Source: an uncultured Candidatus Saccharibacteria bacterium (GTDB lineage Bacteria > Patescibacteriota > Minisyncoccia > UBA6257 > 2-01-FULL-56-20). From it: a stretch of DNA of 51,777 nt. The stretch is taken from contig CAZADL010000003.1 in assembly GCA_964483915.1 (NCBI GenBank), forward strand, positions 1 to 51,777, written 5' to 3'. Shown here in pieces: positions 49,929 to 51,777 of this stretch. A program made the position numbers and the translations under genes. Positions within the stretch are counted from its first letter, which is position 1. Every line of letters starts with the position of its first letter. Under the pieces are notes generated by a model. That model saw nothing but the letters and a program-made list of their open reading frames with translations. It ran no database searches and was not told the origin of the DNA.

Positions 49929-50861
49929 CTAGTTGCTGTTCCGCTGAACACTGAAGCTGGTTCCGTTATTTCCAAGCGACGAAGGCATCGCTTTAGGAAC
50001 GCCCGATGAATTCACCATGGTGATGGCATCGTTTTTCCAGAGCGAGTTGTTGATGGAACCAGTGTAGCCGTTCAATGTCACTTGGGCGTTCGCGAACTGG
50101 ATCGTGCCGAAATTCGCGAGAGGCAGCACGCCGCCGCTCCAGGGAGCTTCCATGATCCATTCCGCTGATTGGCGCAGAGCGTTTGACTTCTGCGACGTTG
50201 AAAAACTCTTGCCAGTCGTCGTATCAACAATTGACAGTTGGAATTTGTTGCCGGAGAGGTACCGCACTTCGGCATTCATGACGTCTCCCGCCTTGACCGG
50301 TAAATTGATTTTGAAGCTTGGCTTCGGATACATCTCATACCATACATAGTAGCTGGCATGGCCGTTCATACAGTCGTGCTCGGTGCCAAGCTGTTCCACG
50401 GAATTGTCGCTATACCCATCAATGCCCACCCAAGCGGAAGAATACGTGTTCGTACTGCCGCAGGTAAGCGCAGGTACCGTCCAACCGCCCTTCACGTCGC
50501 TTACCGCATTGCTCTGCGGGTTCGTTAGGTTCGTCTCTGCCGCATAACCCGCCCAGTTCAAGCTTGTTCCATTTTTATACCTGATGCGCGGCGCGAACGT
50601 TGCTGAATCAGAGGCGTTTTGGTCAAGCCCATTGTTCAGCTGGGTCACGTCGGCCGAATCCAGGTTCTCTGAGGCGGACATCAAACCCTGATCGTTCGTG
50701 ATAACTGGTTCTGTATTGGTTGTACCGGCCATTGGCTGTCCAGAATTTACCGCCGTGTTGTTTGATCTATTGGCAGTAAAGAAGTATAGCCCGATAAGTA
50801 TGGCGATCACAACGAGCGTTATGGCAATAACTTGTGCCGATCCTTTGTGATTGTTGCTCAT
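49929..50861 (-). CDS. Membrane-anchored peptidase G1 (eqolisin / peptidase A4)-like protein
   Basis: After an N-terminal TM helix come NWAGYAA, SSAWVGIDGY...VEQLGTE and SAEWIMEAP, matching the Gln/Glu-dyad eqolisin fold pattern. Confidence 0.6.
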   Translation of the reverse strand: MSNNHKGSAQVIAITLVVIAILIGLYFFTANRSNNTAVNSGQPMAGTTNTEPVITNDQGLMSASENLDSADVTQLNNGLDQNASDSATFAPRIRYKNGTSLNWAGYAAETNLTNPQSNAVSDVKGGWTVPALTCGSTNTYSSAWVGIDGYSDNSVEQLGTEHDCMNGHASYYVWYEMYPKPSFKINLPVKAGDVMNAEVRYLSGNKFQLSIVDTTTGKSFSTSQKSNALRQSAEWIMEAPWSGGVLPLANFGTIQFANAQVTLNGYTGSINNSLWKNDAITMVNSSGVPKAMPSSLGNNGTSFSVQRNSN

Positions 50862-50872
50862 GTTTGTTTTTA

Positions 50873-51520
50873 TTATTTGTTGTTCCCCTCACCTGTCGAC
50901 GTTGAAGTAGGATGCTGTTCTGCTTTGGAGCTCGAGCTATTCTCTGTTCCGGTTACCGAATGCACCGCGACGATCAGGTTTTTGATTGAGGTCCGGTAAT
51001 CCTTGAGTGCTTGCTGAACCGCCTGCATATCTTTTCTGAACTGGGTCAATGTTTCCTTTGGATCATTGGACGTGCACGAGAAACTGTTCGCATTATTTTG
51101 TGCCTGAGTCACTGGAGCTTGCACGGCTGCCTTTTCCGCTTGAATATCGGAAACAAGATTGGCATAGTTCGCTACGGTCTTGCCCGAAGGAACGACGGTA
51201 TTCGTGTAATAATCTTCCACGCGCTGTGCGATTGCGTCAAACTTATCTTCCATATTTTTTGCGAGATCCGTCAAATGCACCGACCGCTGTTTGATGGCGT
51301 TCTCCCGCGCTTGGCACGCCCGGAGCTTCACGTCCTGCAATCGCCCTTTTGGCGAACTTGTTGCCCGGCTGCTCGACGTCAACGAACCTCCTCCCGACCT
51401 TGGAGGAAAACTCGTCCTGCTCGGCGGCGGTGCCGCCAAGACCGTTATTGTTGAAAAGAGGACGGCGGCTGCAACGGCAGAAAACCAGGCCGCCCGACCC
51501 TTAAATAAAAATTTATTCAC
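50873..51520 (-). CDS. Secreted helical hypothetical protein
   Basis: The 215-aa ORF has a signal-like N-terminus, a Ser/Pro-rich linker and a helical body. Confidence 0.45.
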   Translation of the reverse strand: MNKFLFKGRAAWFSAVAAAVLFSTITVLAAPPPSRTSFPPRSGGGSLTSSSRATSSPKGRLQDVKLRACQARENAIKQRSVHLTDLAKNMEDKFDAIAQRVEDYYTNTVVPSGKTVANYANLVSDIQAEKAAVQAPVTQAQNNANSFSCTSNDPKETLTQFRKDMQAVQQALKDYRTSIKNLIVAVHSVTGTENSSSSKAEQHPTSTSTGEGNNK

Positions 51521-51589
51521 GCCTTATATTATACAGGAGTCAGAAAAACGCGGTCAATATAAGCAAAAACAAGCATATATTCTACGTTG

Positions 51590-51676
51590 CGGAGGCGGCT
51601 GGATTCGAACCAGCGAGGGGATTTCTCCCCTAACATCTTAGCAGGATGCTGCCTTCAGCCACTCGGCCACGCCTCC
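51590..51676 (-). tRNA. tRNA-Ser (anticodon GCT)
   Basis: Reverse-complement fold: acceptor GGAGGCG/CGCCTCC, loop CTGCTAA, long variable arm GGGGAGAAATCCCC and T arm GCTGG-TTCGAAT-CCAGC. Confidence 0.85.
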
Positions 51677-51777
51677 ATTCCTGCCACAAAAGTGTAATCG
51701 AAAACGGCTTAATTTTCAAGAAAATGTATGCGCCCACCCTCTTTTGCACTCTTCGGGCAATTGGTTTTGATTCAAGG

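Noticed and set aside
212-51676. Possible alternative genetic code (UGA or UAG reassignment, as in some candidate phyla), prompted by the in-frame stops at 18150, 18258 and 28096.
   Set aside because: TGA, TAG and TAA each terminate many well-recognised proteins here at their normal lengths. Examples are htpX and the pilN-like and PAP2 genes ending in TGA. Code 11 fits, and the in-frame stops are better explained as nonsense mutations.
1-51777. CRISPR arrays, rRNA genes, prophage structural genes and recognisable defence systems (restriction-modification, CBASS, toxin-antitoxin pairs).
   Set aside because: No regularly spaced direct repeats, rRNA signatures or diagnostic protein motifs for these were seen anywhere in the window.

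Overview
This 51.8-kb window is a compact, gene-dense stretch of bacterial chromosome. Its content looks like a Candidate Phyla Radiation/Patescibacteria-type genome, which is inference only. The supporting content is pilM/N/O-like genes next to comFC, peptidoglycan genes (ddl, mraY, a Mur ligase, a PBP5-like carboxypeptidase), ftsEX, scpAB, an RRM-type RNA-binding protein, a long ThyX-like protein, many small membrane proteins, and dispersed GTCATTCCCGCG-type palindromic elements. The standard code 11 fits: TGA, TAA and TAG all end proteins of the expected length. I annotate about 55 CDS and six intact tRNAs (Ser-GGA, Val-TAC, Arg-GCG, Gly-GCC, Leu-CAG, Ser-GCT). I also annotate an IS110-family transposase remnant, two decayed genes and several small repeat families. 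No rRNA gene, CRISPR array or tmRNA gene was seen. The most notable observations are as follows. (1) A small non-coding element occurs twice, after tRNA-Gly and after tRNA-Leu. Each copy joins an inverted copy of that tRNA's own 3' half to a 34/35-identical 35-nt core, and ends with a second direct copy of the tRNA 3' end. (2) An intact tRNA-Val is bracketed by the 5' and 3' parts of a second tRNA-like gene with perfectly complementary acceptor halves, and a 13-bp helix closes over the tRNA-Val. (3) The isoleucyl-tRNA synthetase carries an internal insertion of about 200 aa with all the histidine-phosphatase (RHG) motifs. (4) A GC-rich IS110-family remnant abuts tRNA-Arg and has a 325-bp structured non-coding region upstream. 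(5) An ArsR-family gene is flanked by the same 22-nt hairpin in opposite orientations. All calls come from reading the sequence and the ORF track by eye, so family assignments rest on recognised motifs and need database confirmation.
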